Origin: Octopus vulgaris
Taxonomy: Eukaryota
Length of the DNA: 64,000 bases
Assembly: GCA_951406725.2 (NCBI GenBank)
Contig: OX597827.1
Span: 78,368,001 to 78,432,000 of the forward strand
Direction of reading: 5' to 3'
Shown here: one piece after another, positions 1 to 11,551 of the stretch
Layout of the letters: every line of letters begins with the position of its first letter
Position numbering within the stretch: position 1 is the first letter of the stretch
Program-made: the position numbers and the translations under genes
Notes under the pieces: model-generated
What the model saw: only the letters and a program-made list of their open reading frames with translations
What the model was told of the DNA's origin: nothing
The model's database searches: none

Positions 1-837
1 GCTGCAGTTAAGTTCTGCTCTTTGTGTATTTCAAGATGTCTTTTGAGGTTTTGAGGCCTCCGTTAGAATTGCAGACCTTCTGGCATACACGGCATTGAAA
101 GGTGTGCACAGATATATAGGCAGAATAGTTGGTGGAGGTTCGTTTTTCATGGGTCCGTCATTATGAGATTTGAGCCCAGCCAAAGAAAGACATGGTCTAT
201 CAAACTGTGTACACAAAAAGGTCAGAGATTCACCTTGATCCCAACATTCTTCTTTAAATCTTACTTGAGTCTTGCATATATTATCCTACCCTCCTCAAAT
301 GCTTTCACTCTGCTCCACACATTTGTTCGCCATCAAAGCTCGATCCAAAGCAAGGGTTTCTATGGCCTTTGGATCAACTCCAAGTGACTTCATGGTAGTC
401 CTTATGCTGTCCTTAAACCTCTTTATATATAATAGTACGTAAACACTTTATGTATTTGAAACCAATTCAGCATATATTGATGTCCTCCACTTTCCACTGT
501 TCATTTTCTTGCATTGAATTAAACATTGAATTAAACCTTTGTTATCAATGGATATTGAAAATAAATGCAAATGGCTTTCAATTTCAAACTAGGCTTTCAA
601 ACTGTACTTATTATACTACAACATTGCAAGTTCTATTGAGATTTTATTTACAGTTGAGCACATTCTCAATGAATATAATTATACACAGATGTTTATATAT
701 CTACACATACACACACACACATACATACATACATACATACATACATACATACATACAAATATATATATAAATATATGCATAAATAATATATAAATATATG
801 CATATAAACAAACATACACATGTATATGTACAACAGA

Positions 838-986
838 CTTCTTTCAGCTTCCATCTATCAAATCCCCTCACAAGACTTTGGTCAGCCTGAGGCTATAGTA
901 GAAGACACTTGTCCAAGGTGCCATGCAGTGGGTCTGAACCCGGAACCATGTGGTTGGTAGGCAAGCTACTTACCACACAGCCACTC
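838..986 (-). mobile_element. SINE family A (tRNA-headed, CORE-like), 5' part
   Basis: Reverse complement of the family head GAGTGGCTGTGTGGTAAGTAGCTTGC...GGCACCTTGG.CAAGTGTCTTCTACTATAG, which recurs more than 15 times in the window. Confidence 0.8.
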
Positions 987-1786
987 ATTTATGTATATAA
1001 ATATATATACTTACACTTTTTTCTTTCTTTCATTTGAATCCGTTTCCCCATGCTTGCCTTTCCTGGCACTAACTCTTATTGCTTTTTCCAAGTAAAGGAT
1101 TATGTATTTTATACATCCCCAAAGTGAGATGTTGTTCACTTTAAGTTGTCAACAACAGAGATTTCATCAATCTAAGAAGCGAAAAAATGTGCATGCACAC
1201 ATACATTCACACATATGCACCTACACATGCACATGCATATGCATAGATGTATATATAATTATATATATTTATATACATAAATGAGTGGCTGTGTAGTAAG
1301 TAGCTTGCCTACCAACCACATGGTTCTGGTAGTAAAGAAATTGGTATTTAGCTGAAGATTATAGCATTACTTTTTAAATCAAATTGAATTTTGGTCTTAT
1401 AATCAACTCTTTTGGTTTTACAGTTGAATCAGGGTTTTAAAATGTTTGTTTATATTACGATTAATTGTAGCAGTTTTATTTACATTTTACATTTATTCAG
1501 AGCTATTTCACTTATTTTGGGTTTATACCCTCAATTAATATTATTGTTATTATTATTATAATTATATTTATTAGTATTATTTGCATAAATATCATTAATT
1601 ATCACAATAATTATTTTAACTCGTATAATTACTATAGATGGTAAGTTATGTTTCTTTAAATCATATAAATATATATATATTTAATCCAGTGTGGATATCT
1701 CATAGCCTGTTCCTGTCTAGTGTTTATAAGAGTAAATTTAGAAGTGAAAATTTGGTGCATTTCTTCCACACAAAAGTCACATACAC

Positions 1787-1942
1787 AAGTACAACAGGGG
1801 TCGCCACCACCCCCTGCCGAAGCCTCATGGTGCTTTAGGTGTTTTCACTCAATAAACACACACAACACCCGGTCTGGGAATCGAAACCGCGATATCCAAC
1901 CACAAGTCCGCTGCCCTAACCATCGGGCCGTTGCGCCTCCAC
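1787..1942 (-). mobile_element. SINE family D (tRNA-headed), truncated
   Basis: Reverse complement of the 5' part of the full copy at 42562-42941. Confidence 0.75.
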
Positions 1943-3006
1943 TGACGATGATGTTCTGAAAAGGTGGAAAGACAAAGTTAACCTAAGCAGGATTTGAACT
2001 CAGAATGTAAAAGGTTCCAAGTAAATATCACACACTTTCTGCCCTCTACTCTAACAATCCACCAAAATTGATAAAAGTTGTTAAAAATAATTGTTATCAA
2101 CAACTTATATTACAAAAGTCATGTCATTGTCTTCTACGAAATATATGAACCATTAGAACTCCAAATGATGTTGGCACTGCACTGTTAAAGATGTCCTTCA
2201 TTGCTGATACCGAAATCTATACACGCAACTGATAACCTATGAAACAATCTTACGGTCTTAGTCAAAACTACGGCTGGAATTAACAAAAGACAACAGATAA
2301 TCACAGAGAGATAAATAATTGCAGAGAAATAGAGAAGACGAAAGAGAAGGAAAGACAGGGAGAGAGAAGAAGGAGGAAACTTTCTGCTGTTTCTTCACTC
2401 CACCCACCCCCTTCTCTGAAAGGCAGTGGATCACTGATTGGGACAGTGTTCAGTTTGATAGCAAAATGTCAAATGAAATTATTGCTAAAAAATATAGCAA
2501 TAAAACATGAACCTATTTCTTTTGTCGTAATTCAACATCTGCCCTTTCAGTGATGGAGTCTCTCTTTCACCTTGCCAGCTGCAAGGTGACCCTCTACGCT
2601 CACTCTGTAAGTGGTCGGTAAATCAAATTGTGCAGTGACACCGCAAAGCTTGAGCAGGTTCTTTGGCCTTGCTAAGGATGAGACGACCTCTGTAGTGCTG
2701 GTGCCATGAAAAAGTTCACCTGGATCACTTTGTAAAGGGTTTGGTGATTGGAAGGACACCCAGCAGCTAAAGCCAAGACACTGGAGCAAGACATGTTCTT
2801 CTGACCCGTTGGATCCTGTCAAATCATCCACACCATGTCAGCATGGAAAATGGACACTGAATGATGATGTGGTGGTGGTGATGGTGATGATGGTGATGAT
2901 GATGATGACAATGATAACAGTCATGGCAGTGGTGGTGTGAACAGCAGTGGCAATTGTAGTGGTAGTGATGATGATCATCATGATGATGATGATGATGATG
3001 ATTTAA

Positions 3007-3231
3007 CCCTTTTAATATTTAAACTGACCATATCAGGCCCTAATATTCTCCCTCTTTTATGATCAAACTGACTAGATCCAACCTCTCACACCTACCTTAC
3101 AATGTCATGCCAAATATAAACAGTCAGGTCATTGAAGTCTTGAAGCCACAAGATTTTGCCTGATTAATTCAAAACAATGTGAACAAATAACCAAGTTTTG
3201 CATTTGACAGAACAATCTGAATGCCAAAAGG
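3007..3231. mobile_element. Diverged piggyBac-type MITE
   Basis: TTAA|CCCTTT at 3003-3012 and AAAAGG|TTAA at 3226-3235. TTAA target site and CCC termini are piggyBac hallmarks. The TIRs are degenerate. Confidence 0.5.
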
Positions 3232-4099
3232 TTAAATGCATATTTATCAAAGAATAAAACATTTTAATGGTGTTGGTATTGGAGGAAGTTTGGACATTTT
3301 TAATAAATCCAGTCATCCCACTTGTGTTATTTGCCATATCCAACGGTTATGCAGCTGATAACAAAATATTGTTCAAAATGAAAACAAATCAAGGTATCTA
3401 CATTCTTCAAAAGTCTTATCAACAAACACCAATTCCTTCAATTCCTCAAAATTCCATCCCTTCCTATTACTCACAAAGAATTCTTCATAAAATAATTTAC
3501 CTTACCCCAAACAAGGAACTAATCTAAAACCCCTGATTATTTCTGCAATCTGATCCCAGCAGACACATTCTGTTCCTGTTATGCTTAAAGATTGTCAATA
3601 ACCTGCCAGGAACCCACTGAATATACAGTGAGAAATTCCTCTTAAAGAAACCTAACTCTGATGTAAATGCACGCTTATCATAAGCAGGTTATACAACACA
3701 GCTCTGGTCTTCAACTGCTCACTGGCTTTTATCCATCAACAATGAGAAAAAAATACAAGAAATCTTTCATACATCCAGATAACTCACGCTCAAAGCATGA
3801 ACTCATGAGAAAGTGTTAATAATCTGCAACTCCATAATCTGGAATACTGACAAGAATGTAACGTTATAATGAACATTCGTAAAGTTCTTGAACAGAATAA
3901 ACAAGATCATTCGGAGACTAATTTAGGCTACTGAAATAACCTTCCTTGCAAATACACATCAGGTCTTTGTACTGTAAGAGGCTGGTATTCGAAACACATA
4001 CAGAGATTTAATTCTGTGAAATCTCATGCCATTGTTTCCTTTCAAAGTTTGCAATGAGATGTTGCTGCATTATTTTCCAGTGTTCCACATCAATTCTAT

Positions 4100-4280
4100 C
4101 ATCATTATCATCGTTTAACGTCCGCTTTCCATGCTAGCATGGGTTGGACGATTTTGACTTAGGGCTGGCAAACCAGATGGCTGCACCAGGCTCCAGTCTT
4201 GATCTGGCAGAGCTTCTACAGCTGGATGCCCTTCCCAACACCACAATGCCCTTCCTAACGTCATGCCCTTCCTAATGCCA
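4100..4280 (-). mobile_element. Family C retroposon 3' end with (GAT)n tail (RTE-like tail)
   Basis: CATCATCGTTTAACGTCCGCTTTCCATGCTAGCATGGGTTGGACG...GGATGCCCTTCC motif. Other copies at about 2690-2870(+), 6740-7170(+), 26455-26715(-), 28762-29030(-), 31160-31518(+), 34680-34930(-), 35040-35383(+), 37200-37397(+), 44900-45128(+), 49668-49876(-), 55545-55920(-), 56080-56190(+), 58830-59410(+), 61260-61323(+). Confidence 0.75.
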
Positions 4281-4621
4281 GCTATGTGAGTGATTAAGGG
4301 ATTACAGCAGGGATAGAGATGTTTCTAAAAACTTCTCAATCTTTCAATTTCCGATAGAAGACATGACTGAACATAGATTGTCACCAGTAAATGTGGTACA
4401 GAAATACAAGGGGAAGACATACAGAAGAGTCAGGGACAGAGGCTTCGCTAATGCAAGGTCTCTACTCAAAATGTCTTTAACTGTGTCAAAAATATTATTC
4501 ACCTTTGCCTGAGGTTCCCTGGAGCCTTAGGTCCACAGATTCAGCTTTTGACTAAATTTAACTCTGGTTTTTCTACATTTTATGTGAAATATAAAAATAG
4601 TAAATAAAAGCAAATTAACTA

Positions 4622-5565
4622 AGGTCTGTTGGCATAATTCCTCCATCCAGAGCTTAACAACTGACTGCAGCACTTCAGTGTATTCAGCAGCATAAATTCT
4701 AAGATTCTTAGAAAGAAGTGAGGTGGCACAACATGACCTTCATTCCTCACCTCTCCTAAAACCATCACAGTTACTGGAAACGTTGTGTGCATCACTCTGG
4801 AGGCACCAGAAACAGTTGTACTTTACCATCTCTCATTTCTCCTCTTTGACCTCTGGTCTTGGTTGAAGTTTTTCTCATCATAGAAGAACCAAAGTGAGCC
4901 ATGTTCATAAGAGATTTTAACCCTGTTGAGTAACCACTTGGCACAGATTAAACAGATTTCCTGTGATTTTGCAGACAGGAATTCTATCAAATGTCCTCAT
5001 GCACCAGAATTTTGATACCTGAAGTTCATTGGTGATGGTCCTCACTAATTTTCCAAGTCCATCGTTGATAATGTTTTGAGTCCATTGGATGGACTGCAGT
5101 GTCCTTATAGCATCCAAGCATTTAAGATGTTTTCTGTCTTTGATACAGTTGGAACCAGGGGTGGACTGAGCCATTGGACAATCAGGCACCGCCCGAGGGC
5201 CCAGAGCTCTGAGAGGCCCTCACTCAACATGCTAACTCTAGTAAAACAGACATTCAAAGGGGGCCCAGTAAACAGTTATGCCCGAGGGCCCTTAATACTC
5301 TTAGTCCACCCCTGATTGGAATATTTCTATTAGAGGCTACCAATTCCATCTGAACTTTGGTGACAAAAGATCTTGCAGCATCTAGAAAATTGGCAATTTC
5401 TAAATCGCTGCATTCTGCCCATGTGGCTACGATGACTGCATCTGTTTTGACTTCTTGTGTTAATATTTTATCTGCCATGGGGGATCTGAAAGAAATTGAA
5501 ACCTTTCAATTGGTTTGAAGAGAGTAATACATTGACAACCATCCTTAAATAACCCTTTCATCCCG
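4622..5565 (-). mobile_element. Degraded Tc1/mariner-superfamily transposon (maT/DD37D-like transposase pseudogene), 3'-truncated
   Basis: Minus-strand translation with frameshifts: MADKILTQEVKTDAVIVA..SDLEIANFL..ARSFVTKV / ..DAIRT..QNII..LQVS / LWFFYDEKNFNQDQ / RVMHTTFPVTVMVLGEV.NEGHVVPPHFFL / AAEYTEVLQSVVKLW. The WFFxDEKNF and VMVLGxVxxxGxVMPPHFF motifs are typical of maT transposases. A putative terminus lies next to TA at 5566-5567. Confidence 0.8.
5156..5314. mobile_element. hAT-type MITE inserted in the maT transposase
   Basis: 15-bp TIRs CAGGGGTGGACTGAG / CTTAGTCCACCCCTG (1 mismatch). The flanking 8-mers GTTGGAAC / ATTGGAAT form a decayed 8-bp TSD. Confidence 0.75.
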
Positions 5566-5579
5566 TATATAACACTCCC

Positions 5580-5583
5580 TCTC

Positions 5584-5678
<95 letters not shown>

Positions 5679-6310
5679 ATCTGTCTATCTATCTCACCCT
5701 ACCGAATTTTTTTTTTTTACATTTGATAAACATTTTACGTAATCAAACTGTTTTTGCCGTCATTCCCGACCACATCCACCACCACAACCACTACTATTAC
5801 TACTACCACCACCACCACCACCACCACCACCACTACTACTACTACTACTACTGCTACTGCTACTGCTGCTGATGATGATGACGACAACAGCAGTAGCAGC
5901 TACGTAACCTATTACACTATTGCGATTGTTTGTTACAGTTGCTTCAACAAGAACAAGAAACACAATACCAACAACAACAACAACAACAACAACAGCTGCA
6001 ATGAAGTATTGCAAAATACAATTAGCTGCAATAAAGATTTCTTTTTTGCAATGGAGGTTGTAAACAACGTCGTCGTCGCCGTCGTCGCCATGATCGCCGT
6101 ATTCACCATTAAACAATAACAAAGTTGGTCAAAGACGAAATAAATGTCAGAATATCTTGGTGAGGTGAAATGTGGAAACATTTACCTCCACCACCACCAC
6201 CACCACCACCACCACTATCGTAACCGCCGCCGCCGCCGCCGCCATTACAACCACCATTATCGTTCCCAATAACAATACCATTCACAATATTGCGACCATC
6301 ATTGCCATCG
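5580..6310. repeat. Compound microsatellite region: (CT)n, (CTAT)n, (CTGT)n, then (CAC)n, (TAC)n, (TGC)n, (GAT)n, (AAC)n, (GTC)n, (GCC)n
   Basis: Directly visible. It produces the poly-T/H/S/V/G ORFs in the track. Confidence 0.95.
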
Positions 6311-7241
6311 CCTCTGAACTAGTTTGAGGAGATGTATAAAAAGACTGGATGGTCATAGGGGGAACGTCTTTTATCATATGTCCTGCAACTAAACAAGAAC
6401 AACATCTATTGTAATATGAGAGACACTGTGATTAGATGGGTTAAATATTTTGTTTTCTACAAAGGGCGACGAATATGGAAGGGGAAGCAGACGATCAGAA
6501 TGGTGGATGGTGGTGGAAGAGACAAGGAACAATCACAATTTGAAAGGGTAAGGAATAATAACATCATAATAGGGAGTTCATAACCTCCAATGGTTTTGAC
6601 CTAGATTAGACCGATCAATTTAGGTCAGTTTAAAGTATAGGTCGTCAATTGCTTTGTACCATTTTGACGCTTTCATGGAATCGATGATTAGAAAAATAAT
6701 AAAATTAAAAAGTAGAGACCAAGACTTCTGTAGGTATGCTGTAACTGAGAAGACCCGGCAAATAATGTGAGTCCACAGCTATAACCTACACCAGTGTCAT
6801 ATAACCTGCTCACTCAAAAGTACCTTAGATTGTAGGGTGACATGCTGTGCTTGAGGAGACCTATTGAGTCATATATATCAACATCAACAACAATATCAAA
6901 ATTAAATCAAATGGAAATTGTAGTTGTGAGCCCCGTCCGGTGGCACGTAAAAAGCACCATCTGAACGTGGCTTCTATGCCGGTGGCACGTAAAAAGCACC
7001 CGCTACACTCTTGGACTGGTTGGCGTTAAGAAGGGCATCCAGCTGTAGAAACACTGCCAGATCAGATCGGGGCCTGGTGCAGTCTCCTTGGTTTCCCAGA
7101 CCCCAGTCGAACCGTCCAACACATGCCAGCATGGAAAACGGACGTTAAACGACGATGATGGTGATGATGAGTGTTAATGCTCAAAATCGTTTCAAATGTT
7201 TATCGAAACCGCCCTCCCCCACCGGCTAAATACAGAGATCG

Positions 7242-7476
7242 CAGACGAAATACCTATTTCTTTACTACCCACAAGGGGCTAAACACAGAGAGGACAAACA
7301 AAGGGATTAAGTCGATTATATCGACCCCAGTGCTTAACTGGTACATATTTAATCGACCCCCGAAAGGATGAAAGGCAAAGTCGACCTCGGCGGAATTTGA
7401 ACTCAGAACGTAGCGGCAGACGAAATACCGCTAAGCATTTCGCCCGGCGTGCTAACGGTTCTGCCAGCTCACCACC
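7242..7476 (-). mobile_element. SINE family B (tRNA-headed; GCCTTTCATCCTTTCGGGGTCGATAAA central domain)
   Basis: Reverse complement of the copy at 15745-15980. Other copies at 13305-13460(-), 17250-17392(+), 18147-18537(-, partly tandem), 44533-44767(-), 54230-54450(+), 56550-56720(-), 56915-57050(+), 61664-61898(+), 62121-62566(-, two copies). Confidence 0.85.
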
Positions 7477-8147
7477 CTAAGGATATTGAAAGACGAATGG
7501 TGGGATCTAGAAGCAGACGAAATTCATGTTCTTGCCTTCTCACAAAGATGGAAGCATACGGTCTCCAGAAATGTGGTAACATCCCATTGAAGCGTAAGGA
7601 TGGCTCACCACAAAAAAACTATGTAAACGACTGTGCGAAGTGAGGTGACGAGAATGGCTCCTTTGCACATCACACGGTCGATACAATAAAATACCTTGTG
7701 AGTAAAATTCAATAGTATATATATAATACACACACACACACATATATTGTAGCAGTGATTGGAAATCTTCCCGCTGGATGCTCGGTCGATCACTGCGAAT
7801 GGGCCACCATAGTTTTACGTGATCGGTTTATTAAGCGAACAGTCAGTGGTGGAGCTGAGGCGTGGTTTTTTTTTGGTCCCTTGTAAAAATTGGCTGAGCA
7901 ACATGCGTCTCCATTCTTGCCAAGAAAACAGTTCTGGACATATTCATAGACAACTCCAGGTTCTCGAACAGATTTATTCTGAACATTCACAAAATGTCCC
8001 AAAAGCAACTTCTGTGAATGTGGCGTGGGTTTTCTCTATCCCAGTCAGCAGTTGGTCCATTATAATTAACATTGTTCATTGTAAATAGCGGATCTTGATT
8101 GGTTGAAATTGCCGAAATGCAAGAAATTAAATAACAAATAGCTTACT

Positions 8148-8489
8148 CAGTCCCACTGCGTGGCATCTTGGGCAAGTGTCTTCTGCTATAGCCCCGGGCC
8201 GACCAATGCCTTGTGAGTGGATTTGGTAGACGGAAACTGAAAGAAGCCCGTCGTATATATGTATATATATATATGTTTGTGTGTCTGTGTTTGTCCCCCT
8301 AGCATTGCTTGACAACCGATGCTGGTGTGTTTACGTCCCCGTCACTTAGCGGTTCGACAAAAGAGATCGGTAGAATAAGTACTGGGCTTACAAGGAATAA
8401 GTCCCGGGGTCGATTTGCTCGACTAAAGGCGGTGCTCCAGCATGGCCGCAGTCAAATGACTGAAACAAGTAAAAGAGTAAAAGAGTAAA
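8148..8489 (+). mobile_element. SINE family A, 5'-truncated
   Basis: Matches 60770-61137 from TCAGTCCCACTGCG to the GAAACAAGTAAAAGAG tail. Confidence 0.85.
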
Positions 8490-8669
8490 CTACAGAATTT
8501 TCTCAAGAAAGTCAAGAGAAAAAGATGTTTTATGTAACACATTCTACCAGTATACGAAGTTTAAAAGGGTTTAATAATTACAAAGAAATTATTTTTTAAA
8601 TCTGCCAGTCAAAGTGAAAAGATCCTAAATAGCTTACACCAAATATATTCATGTCCGGCAATAAAGAGT

Positions 8670-9003
8670 ACAAACCGCCTTCTGTTATGAATGACCATGG
8701 GATTACACTGAGAAAGTTCCCCTCTGAGGTACAAGTCCGGGCTGGGTTGTTTTATGGAAGACCAGCAGTTGCCCATGCATACCAACTTCCCCTCTCTGCG
8801 CCACCGATGTTATCCAAAGGAGATGCAAAGGGGCCGATACAGCTTGGCACCAGTGACGTCGCTCTCATTTCTACAGCTGAGTTAACTGGAGCAACGTGAA
8901 TTAAAGTGTTTTGCCCCAGAACACAACACAGAACCCAGTCCAGTAATCGAACTCACTACCTCATGATTGTGATCCCGACGTTCTAACCGCTGAGCCATGT
9001 GCC
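8670..9003 (-). mobile_element. SINE family E (tRNA-headed)
   Basis: Reverse complement of 52562-52889. Shared GCTCAG.GGTTAGAACGTCG..GAGTTCGA head and TTCACGTTGCTCCAGTT.ACTCAGCTGTAGAAATGAG body. Confidence 0.8.
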
Positions 9004-9615
9004 AATAAATATTCAGTTAAATGTTCGCGGGTTGTTTTAATCATTACTCACGCAGCCAACGAAATACCCCAGTGCTACTTCAGTATACGATCTACGTAGC
9101 CAACGTGATCTACTAGAGTGAAATTCCACTTTAGTATGCGATCTTCATGTTTCATTTATTGATTAATGGCTTAAATAAAACATTCCTACATTTTTATACA
9201 TTTATTAAAAAAAATTAAAACGAAGCAGATTTGAAACAAATTTACTAAATTTATGGGCAAATCGAGCAACATCGCTGCCGGACTGAAGTGTGTTGTTGAT
9301 GTACCTTGTCTGGACCGGAGCTTTGATACTTGAACAGGAACCGAAACAGGTGTTTTCCTTGTTCTTGATAAGTATAACTTTTCTTATACCAAACCAGTTT
9401 CTTGACACGTAGATCACATACCAAAGTAGCTCCAATATGTCTTCATTTCCCTGCTTCTCAAGCGACAAGAAACTCGCAATAATATAAACACACACACATT
9501 TAGTCACATAACAGTCGATTCATATTTCTGAACGGCTGTTATGCGACTAAATTCTTAACACCGTTGGCGATTTTTTCCCTCCGTCTTCCCTTCCTTAGAT
9601 ATTTCCTTTTCCTAT

Positions 9616-9650
9616 GTTTCTGACGAAGAGCTCCGCTCGAAACGTTAAAT
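9616..9650 (+). ncRNA. Minimal type I hammerhead ribozyme motif (Penelope-like element type)
   Basis: GUUU-CUGACGA-A-[GAGC UCC GCUC]-GAAA-CGUU-AAAU: core CUGANGA, stem II, GAAA, palindromic ACGU stem III and a short stem I. Activity is untested. Confidence 0.6.
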
Positions 9651-9754
9651 CCCCCTTCTTTCTTCCCTTTCCTGAGCGTCCAATAACACTATAATTGTTC
9701 CACGTCCTCGCGTTGTTGTGTTTTCTCTTTGTGTTTCCATGTTTGGATTAACTT

Positions 9755-10141
9755 TATATAAAGCTGAAGTTGTCTGGGTATTGCAGGTTTGGTAGCCTTC
9801 AACTAGCACTATCTTCTCCGAGACCCTGCGGCGCAAGTTGACCAAAATTGAGAGTATGATAGAAGAAGGCTTGCTCTTCATTCCGTAGAAGAAAAACTTC
9901 AAATCGGACCATGTTAAGACCAAAAATTATTTACATCAAAAAGGTGCTTTTTTTTTTCTATGAAAATCCTTATTTTTTACGATTCTTTGACTGGTGTGTC
10001 GCCATTTTTCGGTGTATTTCAACTAGAAAAATGTTCACTTAAAGAGAATAACAAGCTACATAATGCAAAATTTTTACTTTTCAAAAATTTCAATTCTAAA
10101 GGGTCAAAACAAACCCGAGCAACGCCGGGCGATATTGCTAG
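9755..10141 (+). mobile_element. Non-autonomous Helitron
   Basis: Ends with a CCCGAGCAACGCCGGG hairpin about 10 nt before CTAG|T. Near-identical inverted copies at 26904-27297 and 40754-41140. Confidence 0.8.
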
Positions 10142-10204
10142 TATATATATTGTGGGATGACGTCTACCACACACACACACACACACATATATATATGCGC
10201 CCTT

Positions 10205-10488
10205 TTCAAGCCTAACCAGGCTCATAGACCCGGTTTCTGTGGCGTGTGTGTTGCCCCCAGCTGAACGGGACGCCAGTCCATCGCAGCGTTACTCAAGAAA
10301 CAGGAAGAGAGAGTGAGAGAAAGTTGGAGCGAAAGAGTACAACAGGGGTCTCCACTACCCCCTGCCAGACCCTCGTGGAGCTTTAGGGTGATTTCGCTCA
10401 ATAAACACACACAACGCCCGGTCTGGGAATCGAAACCGCGATCCTCCGACCGCGAGTTCGCTGCTCTAACCACTAGGTCATTGCGCTT

Positions 10489-10491
<3 letters not shown>
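10205..10491 (-). mobile_element. SINE family D variant
   Basis: Head is the reverse complement of GTGGA.GCGCAATG.CC.AGTGGTTAG..CAGCGAACTCGCGGTC..GGTTTCGATTCCCAGACCGGGCG. The 3' part differs from 42562-42941. Confidence 0.75.
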
Positions 10492-10532
<41 letters not shown>

Positions 10533-11551
10533 TGTCTATCATCTAATATGTGTGGTGCCTGTTTTTTCTTCCTGTGCATGTCACTGCATAAATGGGGATG
10601 GCGGAATTTCAGCTGCACGAAGGAAGGAGTTAGATAACGAGTGAAAGATCAAAGACAGGCAGAAAGGGGAGAGAGTCATAAAGAACAATATTGTGCAATA
10701 GCAGAACGTATCAGATAAGAAATAAAGAGAGAGAAGTGGCAGGGTAGACGTTTAGGGTGTGTGATGGAGGCTTCACTGCGGCTGATCGATCGTCTGGATA
10801 CAGCAGGAAGATCTCCCTTGTGGAAACTGATGGATAAACTGGATGAAATAGTTTTGGGTATAATAGGTAAGGAAAAAATATAGGAAGGCCATAGCTGGAT
10901 TGCCGGTCGAACAATGAACTCGACACAGAAGGTATGATAGGTGTTGATGGAGAGAGAGAGAGAGGGGGGAGAGAGAGGAGGAGGCGAGACGAGAATGGTG
11001 ATAAGTAGAGAGAATTAGCTGTACACGAATGAGAGATGGGAAAAGGATAGAGAGGGAGGAGGATATGTGGCATAGGATTATGAAGTGGAGGGAGGTTGGG
11101 GAAAAGGATGAGGAGAGAAATAGTGAAAGGAAAGCCAAGAGGAAGAAAGGAGAGAGAAAGGGGGGAGTAATGAATTAAAGTGTGTGTATGAGAGAGAGAA
11201 AGCGAAAGAGAGAAAGAGAGAGACTAGTGTGTGTGTGTGTGGGGGGGGGGGTTCAAGGAGAAATAGAAATAAGCGAACGCGAAGTGGTGAAAAGGTTAAG
11301 AAGATATGAATAGAATATGAGGAAGAAGAAAAGAATGAAAGAATGGTGAAGAAGAGAAGGTAGAAGAAAAAATGACAGACTAGAAGATATTGAGTGAAAT
11401 GCAGAAAAGAAAACAGAAAGCTAAGCAGAGGGAAGGGGGAACGAAAGAGTAAAAAATAGAGGGAGGGGGGGGGGGCAAGAGAGTTAAGAAAATATGAGAG
11501 AGAAAGAGAGGGGGGGTTATGTATTTATATGTACGTAGGTACAGATTTATT

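Noticed and set aside
30-430. Possible Merlin/IS1595-like transposase relic (RYIGRIVGGG..F, ..RD..TLIP)
   Set aside because: The resemblance is too weak and fragmented to call without an HMM search.
3270-4490. Coding-looking sequence (also 7480-7680, 50420-50700 and 58190-58520)
   Set aside because: Riddled with stops and frameshifts; most likely old LINE or Penelope remnants, and boundaries cannot be supported.
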